Assembly (NCBI GenBank): GCA_049695975.1
Contig: JBAVTE010000027.1
Span: forward strand, 32,972-96,971
DNA: 64,000 bases
DNA from: Minisyncoccia bacterium
GTDB lineage: Bacteria > Patescibacteriota > Minisyncoccia > Phycocordibacterales > GWA1-40-21
Reading direction: 5' to 3'
The notes under the pieces were generated by a model. The model had not been told where the DNA came from, did no database searches, and saw only the letters and a list, made by a program, of their open reading frames with translations. A program made the translations under genes and the position numbers. Positions 45,543 to 55,219 of the stretch are shown here, piece by piece; position 1 is the stretch's first letter; the number at the start of each line of letters is the position of its first letter.

Positions 45543-46259
45543 GTGAGAATTAAAATAATTACCCTGATGAGCTTAAATTTATGGCGGTTTTATGATTGGG
45601 AAAAGAGGTTGCCAAATATAATTTCTATCATTAATGAAATTAAACCAGATATTATTTTCACTCAGGAAACACAGCTTAATATTTCCATAGATCAAAGAAA
45701 TCAAGTGGAAATACTGAATGAATTTATAAAATATCCACATACATATTTTGCTCAAGCGTGTGTGAAAACGACTCGTAAAGGCGTGCCTTTGCCAAACCCA
45801 GTGGATCATGGACTCGGAATATTTAGTAAATTTCCGTTTAAACCAGAAATAATAAAATTAAAACAAGCAGTAGATGATAAAGAGAAAAGAATTGTAGTGA
45901 ATTGTGATATGAAAATAGACGGAGAAGATTATACAATCTCTGGAGTTCATTTCTCAAATTCTGATGCTTGGTCAGAAGCACATTTTAAAGAGACACTCGA
46001 GATTTATAAAAAAAGAAACATAAAACCAATTCTTGCAGGAGATTTTAATATCAAAAATTTTGGGCAGTATAAAACCCTGTATGAGAATTCATATCGACTA
46101 TCGAGCGACGAATTTTCTTATCTTTCATATCCGAAAGATGGTGTATCATATGATTATGTTATGATACCGAAACAATATGAGTTTATTGATTTTCAATGTC
46201 GTGATGAATATGTATCTGATCATCGAATGATTACAACAAAAATCAAGTTATTAAAATAA
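45543..46259 (+). CDS. Endonuclease/exonuclease/phosphatase (EEP) family protein
   Basis: N-terminal LNLW...DIIFTQE and C-terminal SDH motifs. Confidence 0.7.
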   Translation: MRIKIITLMSLNLWRFYDWEKRLPNIISIINEIKPDIIFTQETQLNISIDQRNQVEILNEFIKYPHTYFAQACVKTTRKGVPLPNPVDHGLGIFSKFPFKPEIIKLKQAVDDKEKRIVVNCDMKIDGEDYTISGVHFSNSDAWSEAHFKETLEIYKKRNIKPILAGDFNIKNFGQYKTLYENSYRLSSDEFSYLSYPKDGVSYDYVMIPKQYEFIDFQCRDEYVSDHRMITTKIKLLK

Positions 46260-46315
46260 TAATATTCCTGCTTTCATTTTCTCGTCTCAATCTAAAAGGT
46301 GTCTACGCACAACAA

Positions 46316-46352
46316 CGGAGGGTGTTGAGTTCAGTACTCAGCACCCTCTTTT
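46316..46352 (+). terminator. Rho-independent terminator
   Basis: GAGGGTGTTGAGTTCAGTACTCAGCACCCTCTTTTTTTT. Confidence 0.75.
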
Positions 46353-46406
46353 TTTTGTGTCCATAGGTTAAATAACTCCTTTATGTTTTTCTTTGGACTA
46401 AATGTT

Positions 46407-47125
46407 TCATCTATATCTTTGTTCATATGCTTTTGCACATTCATGATAATAGAAAATACGTGCGAGATCGTAATCAGAATCACCCCATTCAGCAAATTCC
46501 CAATCAAGTACTCCAGTCAAATGGTGTTGGTCAGTAAGGAGATTATGTATAATTAAATCACCATGAACAAGAGAAGGTGTTGTTTCACTAAAAACTTTTT
46601 TAGTATTATCTTCGAGTAATATGCTGGATATTTCTTTAATTATATCCTCAACTTCCGTAAATTCTTTAATTTTTAAAATTTTTGTTTCTAAACCATCAAT
46701 CAAGAATTGCCAATATTTATTGTATGAATTTCCATTATTTACAGAATAAAATTCCTTTTCTTTGATTGATTTAATATTAATTAAAAATTTGATAATGTCA
46801 TCAATAATACTATCCTTGTCTTGATTATTAAGAAATTTCCATACTGAATCAATTGTTTGCCCAGATAAACGATTTTCTATCATAACTGGAATATTTTCAA
46901 CTTCTCCCAGCCAAATTATTTGAGGAATAAGTTCCCGTTTAATTTTTGAAGAAGATTAGCTTCTCTTCGTAATAATTCAGGTTCGTCGTCTCTAAAACGG
47001 ACAACATAATTGTCAGAAATAAAAACTTTAAAACGTGTACCGGAAGAAACTGGTAAAAAGTTTTCCTTATTAAACTTTGTCATCAGTGTCTTAATCTTTT
47101 TTAATCTATTAAAATATTTGTCCAT
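46407..47125 (-). pseudogene. APH/choline-kinase-family phosphotransferase split into two ORFs by a frameshift
   Basis: N-lobe ORF 46916-47125 and C-lobe ORF 46407-46883 (LVHGDLIIHNLL, DWEFAEWGDSDYDLA) lie in different frames. Confidence 0.6.
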
Positions 47126-47217
47126 AAGTAAATATTAACATAAAACAGGTAGAAAACTAGAATTATTTTAATAAATATAAAATTGCAATAATTCCTTTAC
47201 TCCACTATAATACAGTT

Positions 47218-48429
47218 ATGTCTTTTTTTAATTTCAATAAAAAGAAAGAGAAAATTTCTTTACTTTTTGAGTTGAGGGGTGATGCTGTGGCATCTTCCAT
47301 TATTAAAACACATACAAATGACAAACCAGAAGTCCTCTATTTTAATAAAAGAGTTATAGCTTTAAGAGAAAAAATTAACCCCGAGAGATATACGCAAATT
47401 ATAATAAAAGAATTGGATAAACTAGCCGAAGAAACATACAAAGTTGGTATTTTGAAAATACTAAAAATTTCTGACAAAAATAATCAGATTTCTGAAATAC
47501 ATGTTATATTGTCTTCTCCTTGGGTATTGTCTCAAATCAAAGATATAAAAATTAAAAAAGATAAATATTTTGAAATTAATCAAGACCTCCTTTCAAATGT
47601 CATTATGAATGAAGAGCATAGCCTTATATTGCCAGAAATTTTTGAAAAAAAAGAAGTAAAACAAGAAGCCATTATAAAAATAATAGAAGAAAAAATAATC
47701 CAATCAAAATTAAATGGATACAAAATAAACTCCATTTTTCAAAAAAGAACAAACAATCTTGATATAAATCTCTTCATATCAATATCAAACAATTTGTTTA
47801 TCGAAAATATTAAAAAAACAATTAGAAAATTATTTATAAAAAAACCGGTTTATTTACATTCATTTGCACTTGTAGGTTTTTCTGTGATAAGGAATATCAT
47901 GCCACAAATTAGTAATTTTATTTTTATCGACATAGGGGCAGAAGTGACAGAGGTTTGCTTTATTACTGACGATGCAATCTACAAAGTATTTACTTATCCA
48001 TTTGGGAAAAATTCTATAATCAGAAAAGTTGCAGAAGAAACAAAAACCACTTACGACACGGCCTTGGCCTTCATAAATATGCAAAATGATGGTAAATCTG
48101 AGGAAAAAACAATGTTATTAAACGAAAATGCTTTTGACAAGAGTGTTTCGGATTGGATAAATGGTCTATATAAAATTTTCATATCTCCCATATCAAGGGA
48201 AAGTTTTTCTAGAGAGATTTTCCTTTTTGCAGACAATGAAATTACTAATCTTATCGGTAAAAAAATTAAAGAAGATGGACTAAAATCTTTTAATATTATA
48301 AATAATGATTTTAATATAACTTTAATTAATAATAAAAAAATATCTAGTTTTATTAGCGAAAAGAAATCATTTGAAGAAGATGCTATATTGAAGGTCTGTT
48401 CTATATTTTTAAATAATTTAAATCATTAA
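47218..48429 (+). CDS. Actin-fold ATPase-like protein (FtsA/PilM-like)
   Basis: DIGAEVTEVCFI...YPFGKNSIIRKVAEE resembles the actin-like phosphate-2/adenosine motifs. Confidence 0.4.
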   Translation: MSFFNFNKKKEKISLLFELRGDAVASSIIKTHTNDKPEVLYFNKRVIALREKINPERYTQIIIKELDKLAEETYKVGILKILKISDKNNQISEIHVILSSPWVLSQIKDIKIKKDKYFEINQDLLSNVIMNEEHSLILPEIFEKKEVKQEAIIKIIEEKIIQSKLNGYKINSIFQKRTNNLDINLFISISNNLFIENIKKTIRKLFIKKPVYLHSFALVGFSVIRNIMPQISNFIFIDIGAEVTEVCFITDDAIYKVFTYPFGKNSIIRKVAEETKTTYDTALAFINMQNDGKSEEKTMLLNENAFDKSVSDWINGLYKIFISPISRESFSREIFLFADNEITNLIGKKIKEDGLKSFNIINNDFNITLINNKKISSFISEKKSFEEDAILKVCSIFLNNLNH

Positions 48430-48430
48430 A

Positions 48431-49786
48431 ATGCCTAAAAAAATAATACAAGACATAATTGTAAGAAAAATAAAGAAAACAAATCTCACAAAAGAACCAA
48501 TGGTGAATATTCCTATTAGAATACAAGAACCTCGAATTTCTCAATTTGAAAAAAAAGACGCTGAAATAATAGAAAAAGTAAGAATATTTGAAACAAGAGT
48601 GCATCACCATGACGAACCAGAAAAAATTCATAAAAATGGTCAAAGGTTTATGTGGATTTTAACAGTAGTTTTTGTGGTTATTTTGATATTTATCACTAGC
48701 TCATATTTTTCTTCAGCTACTGTCCTAGTGACTCCGAAATCGTTTGAGACTTCAGCTTCTTCTACAGTAATCATATCAAGTTCACCACAGCTCGGTCTCA
48801 ATTATCAGCTCGTCACAATAGAAAGTGAAATGTCGGAAACAATTATTGCAGATAGCGAGGCACATGTAGAAAGAAAAGCAAAGGGAACTGTAATTCTCTA
48901 CAATAATTATACTACTGTTACACAAAGACTGATCAGTAATACCCGTCTTGAATCTACAGATGGCAAAATTTACAGAATAAAAAATTCGGTTGATATTCCG
49001 GGATACAAAATAATAAAAGGAGTCAGAACTCCTGGAAGCGCGTCAGCGGATGTAGTTGCAGATGCAGTAGGTGCAGAATACAATATAAAAATATCTGATT
49101 TTAAAGGTGATTTTAAAATTTATGCTTTTAAAGGAACACCGAAATATGATGCATATTATGGAAGAATTTATACTGATATTGTAGGTGGGTTTGTCGGAAC
49201 AGAAAAAATTATTTCAAATGACAAACTTACAAAAGCTCGGGCCCAAATATCAGAAAAATTAAAAATAGATTTAATAAGCAAGGTACAAAGTACCAAGCCA
49301 CTTGGTTTTGATCTTTTGCCCGGATCTTACTTTATTGAAGATCGAATCGAAGACGACGATAATACTGCCGTAGATAGCTATATAGTAAAAACAAAATCTA
49401 TTCTAAGGGCATTTTTATTTAAAAATTCAAATTTAGCAACCTTAATTGCTTCACAAAAGATAAAAGGTTTTTCAAAGACAGATAATGTATATATAAAATG
49501 GGGAGATAATAGTAGTGTATCCATTAAAGGAAAGACTTCTAAACCTTGGGAAGAACAGACGCTAAGTATGAATATTTCTGGGATTGCCCAAATTGTCTGG
49601 AATTATGATGCTGATGATTTGAAAAAGACATTGGTAGGTTTAAACAAAAAAGATGTAGCTGATATTATTAAAAACAAATTTATTAATTCTATATCAAATG
49701 TAAAATTTACAATTAGACCAGAATGGAATTCATCTTTTCCAGACAAAATAGACAAAATAAAGATCGAAAATACAATAATAGAATAA
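48431..49786 (+). CDS. Bitopic membrane protein with large extracytoplasmic domain (possible FtsA/PilM partner)
   Basis: Cytoplasmic N-terminus, single TM (WILTVVFVVILIFITS), 370-aa ectodomain. Confidence 0.45.
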   Translation: MPKKIIQDIIVRKIKKTNLTKEPMVNIPIRIQEPRISQFEKKDAEIIEKVRIFETRVHHHDEPEKIHKNGQRFMWILTVVFVVILIFITSSYFSSATVLVTPKSFETSASSTVIISSSPQLGLNYQLVTIESEMSETIIADSEAHVERKAKGTVILYNNYTTVTQRLISNTRLESTDGKIYRIKNSVDIPGYKIIKGVRTPGSASADVVADAVGAEYNIKISDFKGDFKIYAFKGTPKYDAYYGRIYTDIVGGFVGTEKIISNDKLTKARAQISEKLKIDLISKVQSTKPLGFDLLPGSYFIEDRIEDDDNTAVDSYIVKTKSILRAFLFKNSNLATLIASQKIKGFSKTDNVYIKWGDNSSVSIKGKTSKPWEEQTLSMNISGIAQIVWNYDADDLKKTLVGLNKKDVADIIKNKFINSISNVKFTIRPEWNSSFPDKIDKIKIENTIIE

Positions 49787-49847
49787 TGTTGATAAATAAA
49801 GGTTGACTAATAATCTATTTTTGATACTATAGTGTCTGCAGTTAATA

Positions 49848-50069
49848 ATGTTATCAAATAAAAAAGAAAAAACTTCCGTAGTTGGAATTGTCACAGAAGC
49901 CTTTCCGAACACTCTTTTCAAGGTAAAACCTGAAAATAGTGAAGAAGAAATGCTTACTTTTTTGTCTGGAAAAATGAGATTGCATAGAATAAGGATTCTT
50001 ATCGGAGACAAAGTAGAAGTTGAGATAGATCCATACGGTGGTAAAGGTAAGATAATTAAAAGATTTTAA
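49848..50069 (+). CDS. infA: Translation initiation factor IF-1
   Basis: S1-like fold motifs ([23 protein letters not shown]). Confidence 0.9.
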   Translation: MLSNKKEKTSVVGIVTEAFPNTLFKVKPENSEEEMLTFLSGKMRLHRIRILIGDKVEVEIDPYGGKGKIIKRF

Positions 50070-50076
50070 ATTTTAT

Positions 50077-50193
50077 ATGAGAGTAAAAGCATCAGTAAAA
50101 AAAATTTGTGCAAAATGTCAAACAGTACGAAGAAAAGGTCGTGTTTTTATCGTATGTAAGGCCAATCCACGACACAAGCAAAGACAAGGTTAA
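50077..50193 (+). CDS. rpmJ: 50S ribosomal protein L36 (38 aa), absent from the ORF track
   Basis: [38 protein letters not shown], zinc-ribbon CxxC...C...H pattern. Confidence 0.9.
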   Translation: MRVKASVKKICAKCQTVRRKGRVFIVCKANPRHKQRQG

Positions 50194-50248
50194 ATACTTG
50201 CTTTTTTTAATAAAAATGCTATCATAGCAAACTAATGTTTTCAAATTT

Positions 50249-50629
50249 ATGCGTATAGTAGGAATAACAATACCGGAAAATAAGAAATTAAAGATAGGAC
50301 TCACAGTTCTTTACGGAATTGGTTTTCCACTTGCCATTCAAATTTTGAAAAAGGCTGGTATAGACATTGATAAAAAGACCAGCGAAATAACTCCAGAAGA
50401 AGAAAACAAAATTAAAAAGATACTGGAGCAACACAAAATAGAAGGAGACCTGAAAAGAGAAGTAGGATCAAATATTAAAAGATTAAAAGATATTAAATGC
50501 TACAGAGGGACTAGACATATTAAGAAGCTTCCAGGAAGAGGACAAAGAACAAAAACAAATTCAAGAACCCTCCGAGGAAATACAAGAAAAACAATGGGTA
50601 CGGGTAGAAAAGTTGCTGAAAAGAAATAA
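50249..50629 (+). CDS. rpsM: 30S ribosomal protein S13
   Basis: MRIVGITIPENKKLKIGLTVLYGIG. Confidence 0.92.
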   Translation: MRIVGITIPENKKLKIGLTVLYGIGFPLAIQILKKAGIDIDKKTSEITPEEENKIKKILEQHKIEGDLKREVGSNIKRLKDIKCYRGTRHIKKLPGRGQRTKTNSRTLRGNTRKTMGTGRKVAEKK

Positions 50630-50640
50630 TTTTAAATAAA

Positions 50641-51069
50641 ATGGGAAAAAAAAGAATAGTAACAACTGGAACAAAAGAAGCAGATAAAAAAGAAACTGCT
50701 GCAAAAGCAAGCTCAAAGAAAAAAATTGAGGTTGGTATTCTTTTTGTACAATCCACATACAACAACACAAAAGTTATGGTGGCCGACACAAAAGGCAACG
50801 CCATCTTATGGTCTTCAAGCGGTTCTCTAGGATTCAAGGGTGCCAAAAAGGGTACTCCTTTTGCAGCAGCAAAAGTTGGAGAGCTTTTGGCAGACAAAGC
50901 AATGGCACTTGGACTTAAGGAAATCTCTGTTATTATAAATGGCGTCGGTTCTGGTAGAGAGTCAGCTGTTAGGGGTTTTACATCAAAAGGTATCAACATT
51001 ACCAGTATCAAAGATGTTACACCTGTGCCACACAATGGTCCAAAACCACCTAAACCAAGAAGAGTATAA
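50641..51069 (+). CDS. rpsK: 30S ribosomal protein S11
   Basis: GILFVQSTYNNT...TPFAAAKVGE...NGVGSGRESAVRG. Confidence 0.92.
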   Translation: MGKKRIVTTGTKEADKKETAAKASSKKKIEVGILFVQSTYNNTKVMVADTKGNAILWSSSGSLGFKGAKKGTPFAAAKVGELLADKAMALGLKEISVIINGVGSGRESAVRGFTSKGINITSIKDVTPVPHNGPKPPKPRRV

Positions 51070-51093
51070 AAATCAACAATTAAATATAAAAAA

Positions 51094-51714
51094 ATGAAAT
51101 TCGGACCAAAATATAAAATAGCAAGAAGACTCGGACCAAATGTTTTTGACAAGACAGAAACACAGAAATTTGCTTTGAAAGCAAAGATGAGAGATATGAA
51201 AAAGTCAAAAGGAAAATCAAGACCAAAAGCCAAATCCGATTTTGGATTACAACTTTTGGAAAAACAAAAAGCAAAAGTCACATATGGAATAAGTGAAAGA
51301 AAGTTTTCCAATTATGTTAAAAATATTCTTTCCAAAAAAGGAGAGAACAATCATGATGTTTTGGTCCAAGATTTGGAAATGAGATTGGACAACGTTATTT
51401 ACAGAATGGGATTTGTAAAATCAAGACAAGCATCAAGACAAATGGTATCACATGGACATATCAATGTTAACGGCAAAAGAGTAAATGTTCCTTCCTTCAA
51501 AGTTTCTATTGGTGATATCATTACTATCAGAGAAAGAAGCAAAACAAAACCTCTTTTTAAAAATTTAGATGAAGAAATAAAAGCACATACTTTACCATCA
51601 TGGATTGGTCTTGATATTCCAAAAAGAGAAGCCAAAATTCAGGGTATACCAAAAATTGCACCCTCTGAATTAAAGTTTGATATTTCCGCAATTTTTCAAT
51701 ATTATAGTAGATAA
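51094..51714 (+). CDS. rpsD: 30S ribosomal protein S4
   Basis: KFGPKYKIARRLG N-terminus and S4 RNA-binding domain (RLDNVIYRMGF). Confidence 0.92.
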   Translation: MKFGPKYKIARRLGPNVFDKTETQKFALKAKMRDMKKSKGKSRPKAKSDFGLQLLEKQKAKVTYGISERKFSNYVKNILSKKGENNHDVLVQDLEMRLDNVIYRMGFVKSRQASRQMVSHGHINVNGKRVNVPSFKVSIGDIITIRERSKTKPLFKNLDEEIKAHTLPSWIGLDIPKREAKIQGIPKIAPSELKFDISAIFQYYSR

Positions 51715-51758
51715 AATTATTTCTTTTATTAGCTTTTATAAATAATTTAAAATTTTTT

Positions 51759-52739
51759 ATGTTCGAAAAAAATAAAATATTATTGCCTTCAAAACCAAGA
51801 ATCGTCAAAGAAGAAGGTTTTTCTGGTGTTTATGAAATAGACGGTCTTTATCCTGGATATGGGCACACGCTTGGTAATTCACTCAGAAGAATTATTTTGT
51901 CATCATTGCCTGGTTCTGCTATTACTTCTGTAAAGATTTCTGGAGTAGAACACGAATTCTCCACACTAAACGGAGTCAAAGAAAGTATCATAAGTATTAT
52001 TCTCAATTTGAAAAAAATCAGAGTGAAAATTTTGACAAGTGAAGCTCAAACAATTGAATTAAAAATAAAAGGTATAAAAGATGTTACAGCTAGTGACATT
52101 ACCGTACCTGGACAAGTTGAAATACTGAACGGAGATCAACATATTGCTACTATTACAGACAAAAACACTGAACTCAAAATAGAAATGATTGTTGAGACAG
52201 GACTTGGATATGTTCCAAAAGAAGAATTACAAAAAGACAGAGTTGAGATCGGTATGATCGCCCTCGATGCTATTTTTTCTCCTATAAGAAGAGTGAGCTA
52301 CGAAGTAGAAAATATGCGTGTTGGTGATAGAACAGATTTCAACAAGCTTAGAATATCCCTAACCACAGATGGCACTATACTACCTCGAGAAGCTATCGAA
52401 GAATCTATCAGAATAATGATTGATCAACTCAAAGCAATTGTGGGATTTGTTGAAAAAGAAGAAATCAAACCAATTTTAAAATCAGAAGAAAGTATAGAAA
52501 AGAAAAAAACAGAAAAAGAATCTGGAGAACTTGATCCAGAATTTTTAAAGACAAGAATAGAATCACTTGAATTGTCTTCAAGAACCGCAAATGCTCTCTC
52601 AAATGCAAATATCAGAACACTCGGAGGTCTTACCAGAAAAAAAGAAGAGGATTTACTTGAAATAGATGGCCTTGGAAATAAAGGTATTCAAGAAATCAAG
52701 AAAATTTTAGGAAATTATGGTATAAACTTAAAAGACTAA
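51759..52739 (+). CDS. rpoA: DNA-directed RNA polymerase subunit alpha
   Basis: N-terminal dimerisation domain ([26 protein letters not shown]) and C-terminal alpha-CTD. Confidence 0.92.
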   Translation: [326 protein letters not shown]

Positions 52740-53086
52740 TGAACCACAGCAATAAAACAAAAGAATTAGGCAGAGAAAAAAATCAAAGAAATGCTTTGAT
52801 CAGATCTTTGATTAGGTCACTTATTATTGAAGGTAAGATTCAAACCACAGAGACAAGGGCAAAAGTCATCAAGCCAAGAGTTGAAAAAATGATCACAAAA
52901 GCAAAAGTTCCTTCAATTTCTGTTGAAAGAATGTTAACCTCAGCAATCGGAGAAGTAAGTGCCCACAAAATCATCAAAGAAATAGCTCCAAAATACCTAG
53001 AAAGAAAAGGAGGATATTTGAGGATTATTAAGATGGCCCCAAGATTGAGTGACAGTGCAAGAATGGCCCAAATAGAATTTGTATAA
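52739..53086 (+). CDS. rplQ: 50S ribosomal protein L17
   Basis: LGREKNQRNALIRSL...TTETRAK. Confidence 0.9.
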   Translation: MNHSNKTKELGREKNQRNALIRSLIRSLIIEGKIQTTETRAKVIKPRVEKMITKAKVPSISVERMLTSAIGEVSAHKIIKEIAPKYLERKGGYLRIIKMAPRLSDSARMAQIEFV

Positions 53087-53097
53087 ATACTATAAAT

Positions 53098-53451
53098 ATG
53101 GAAAACAAAATTTACAAAATAGATGCTAGCGGAGAAAAACTTGGACGTCTTGCAAGCAAGACAGCTGCTATTCTTCTAGGGAAAAATAGAACTGACTTTG
53201 CCAAAAACACCATCGCTCCTGTAAAAGTAGAAATAACAAATGCATCTAAAATGTCTATTTTAGATAAAAAAATAGATACAAAAATTTACACTTCTTACTC
53301 TGGATATCCAGGAGGACTTATTGAAAGAAAAATGAGTAAAGTGATTACAGATAAAGGTTTTGGTGATGCTTTGAAAAGAGCTATTTACAGAATGATTCCT
53401 GGGAATAGATTGCGAGCAAAAATAATGTTAAATTTAAAAATTAGCGAATAA
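53098..53451 (+). CDS. rplM: 50S ribosomal protein L13
   Basis: IDASGEKLGRLAS...SGYPGGL. Confidence 0.88.
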   Translation: MENKIYKIDASGEKLGRLASKTAAILLGKNRTDFAKNTIAPVKVEITNASKMSILDKKIDTKIYTSYSGYPGGLIERKMSKVITDKGFGDALKRAIYRMIPGNRLRAKIMLNLKISE

Positions 53452-53459
53452 ATATATTT

Positions 53460-53879
53460 ATGAGTGAAATAAAAACTGAAAAGGTAAGCAAAAGATACAT
53501 TGAAACCGTTGGAAGAAGAAAAACCTCCATTGCCAGAGTTAGAATTACTCCATCCACAAAGAGTTCTTTTACTGTAAACGGAAAGACACTCGATGAATTT
53601 TTCAAGACAGAAAAATTAAAAATGATAGGTACAGAAGCAATCAAAAAATTCCCATTGACTTCCGATTTTACAATTACAGCAAAGATTATAGGTGGAGGAT
53701 CAAATTCTCAGGCTGAAGCTTTGAGACACGGTCTTGCAAGAGCTATCATTATATATGATGCTACTATGAGAAAAGATCTCAAGAAAGCCGGTTTTCTAAA
53801 AAGAGACCCTCGCTCAAAAGAAAGAAGAAAATTCGGTTTGAAGAAAGCAAGAAAAGCCCCACAGTGGTCAAAAAGATAA
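53460..53879 (+). CDS. rpsI: 30S ribosomal protein S9
   Basis: C-terminal KKARKAPQWSKR. Confidence 0.9.
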   Translation: MSEIKTEKVSKRYIETVGRRKTSIARVRITPSTKSSFTVNGKTLDEFFKTEKLKMIGTEAIKKFPLTSDFTITAKIIGGGSNSQAEALRHGLARAIIIYDATMRKDLKKAGFLKRDPRSKERRKFGLKKARKAPQWSKR

Positions 53880-54022
53880 TATAAGGTATTATCCTTGTGT
53901 TCAGGTATTCTCATTCTCACCTTACTAGTCGGAATAAAAAACACTGACATTTTTTGTCTGGATATTTTTAAATAAATATTTTTGAATTTAAATATTAATA
54001 TGCTAAAATAAATATAATTAAT

Positions 54023-54631
54023 ATGAATAAAGAAGATAAAGACAAAAACGATATTGTTTATGATGAAAAAGCCTTAAAAGACGGATCAAATGTTCGTGAC
54101 ATTGATTCTGATGTGATTTCTGACGAGGGAGATGAATCCACAGAAAATCTTGTAAAAAAACTTCGAGAAAAACTTAAGATTTGTGAAAAGGAAAAGCAAG
54201 AATACATGAATGGTTGGCAAAGAGAGCGAGCTGATTTTATTAACTTCAAAAAACGTTCCGAGGAAGAAAAGAAAGAATACATAAAGTTTGCAAACGAAAA
54301 TCTGCTCGAAGAAATGCTTACTGTTCTTGAAAGTTTCGATATGGCATTTATGAACAAAGAGCAATGGAACTCTGTCCCAGAAAATTGGCGAATAGGAGTA
54401 GAATACATTCATTCTCAATTAGTCAAAATTTTAGAAGAGAATGGTCTAAAGGAATTTATACCAAAAGTCGGCGATACATTTAACCCGACACTCCATATCG
54501 CTGAAGAAACAATTTCTACAGAAAAAAAAGAAGAAGACAATATTATTTTATCTGTAAAAAAGAAAGGATATATGATGAATGGAAAAATTATTATTGCCCC
54601 AAAAGTTTCTGTTGGAGAACTAAAAAATTGA
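54023..54631 (+). CDS. grpE: Nucleotide exchange factor GrpE
   Basis: Long helical region (WQRERADFINFKKRSEEE) and C-terminal beta domain. Adjacent dnaK-dnaJ. Confidence 0.8.
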   Translation: MNKEDKDKNDIVYDEKALKDGSNVRDIDSDVISDEGDESTENLVKKLREKLKICEKEKQEYMNGWQRERADFINFKKRSEEEKKEYIKFANENLLEEMLTVLESFDMAFMNKEQWNSVPENWRIGVEYIHSQLVKILEENGLKEFIPKVGDTFNPTLHIAEETISTEKKEEDNIILSVKKKGYMMNGKIIIAPKVSVGELKN

Positions 54632-54680
54632 AGTCAAAAATATTTTTTTGACTTTTACAAAATTGTGTTATAATAGCTGT

Positions 54681-54980
54681 ATGTTATCCATACAAAGACA
54701 AATAAAATATTTTTCAAGAGTGATGACAATGCCAAACGGCTTATCTGCTTTGGTTTATTTTGAATTGATAGAAAGAAATGGCAACCTTATCGCAAAAGCT
54801 GTTCGTTTCGAGGAGATACAGTCTGAAATACAAAAATATGAAATTATTGCTTTACCAGTTTTTCACGAAAGCTTCTCATTTAAACCACTTATTAAATCAC
54901 CGTTTTCTTATTTAACTTTTTTTGCAAAAGATTTACTATTTTTTACTAGTCAAAGGACTAGAGCTCCATCTATTATCTAA
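54681..54980 (+). CDS. Hypothetical protein, possibly leaderless
   Basis: ATG 54681 lies 6 nt after a TTGACT-N15-TGtTATAAT promoter. No motif in the product. Confidence 0.3.
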   Translation: MLSIQRQIKYFSRVMTMPNGLSALVYFELIERNGNLIAKAVRFEEIQSEIQKYEIIALPVFHESFSFKPLIKSPFSYLTFFAKDLLFFTSQRTRAPSII

Positions 54981-55116
54981 CATCTCTGTTGTTGCAATTG
55001 CAAAGAATGAAGCAATCCAGATTTTTGTAATGTTTTAGATTGTTTATTCGGAATATCTCCTTCGCAAATACGGATGATTCTGGATCCCCGCATTCACGAG
55101 GATGACAGAGAAGAAG

Positions 55117-55170
55117 TGTCACTTAGACATAACATGTCTAAGTGACGAATATCAAGACTTAGTCTTGATA
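55117..55170 (+). promoter_or_regulatory. Tandem perfect palindromes upstream of dnaK (candidate heat-shock operator)
   Basis: GTCACTTAGACAT-aac-ATGTCTAAGTGAC (13-bp arms), then TATCAAGAC-tta-GTCTTGATA (9-bp arms), 50-100 nt upstream of dnaK ATG 55220. Confidence 0.5.
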
Positions 55171-55219
55171 AAAGAATGACAGAGGAAAGAATTTATTAAA
55201 TATTAATTAAAAAATAAAT

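Noticed and set aside
50520-51311. 263-aa minus-strand ORF
   Set aside because: Antisense to rpsK/rpsD, low-complexity, no start context. Spurious.
55117-55170. CIRCE (HrcA) or HAIR (HspR) operator upstream of dnaK
   Set aside because: Neither palindrome matches TTAGCACTC-N9-GAGTGCTAA or CTTGAGT-N7-ACTCAAG. Reported instead as a non-canonical operator candidate.
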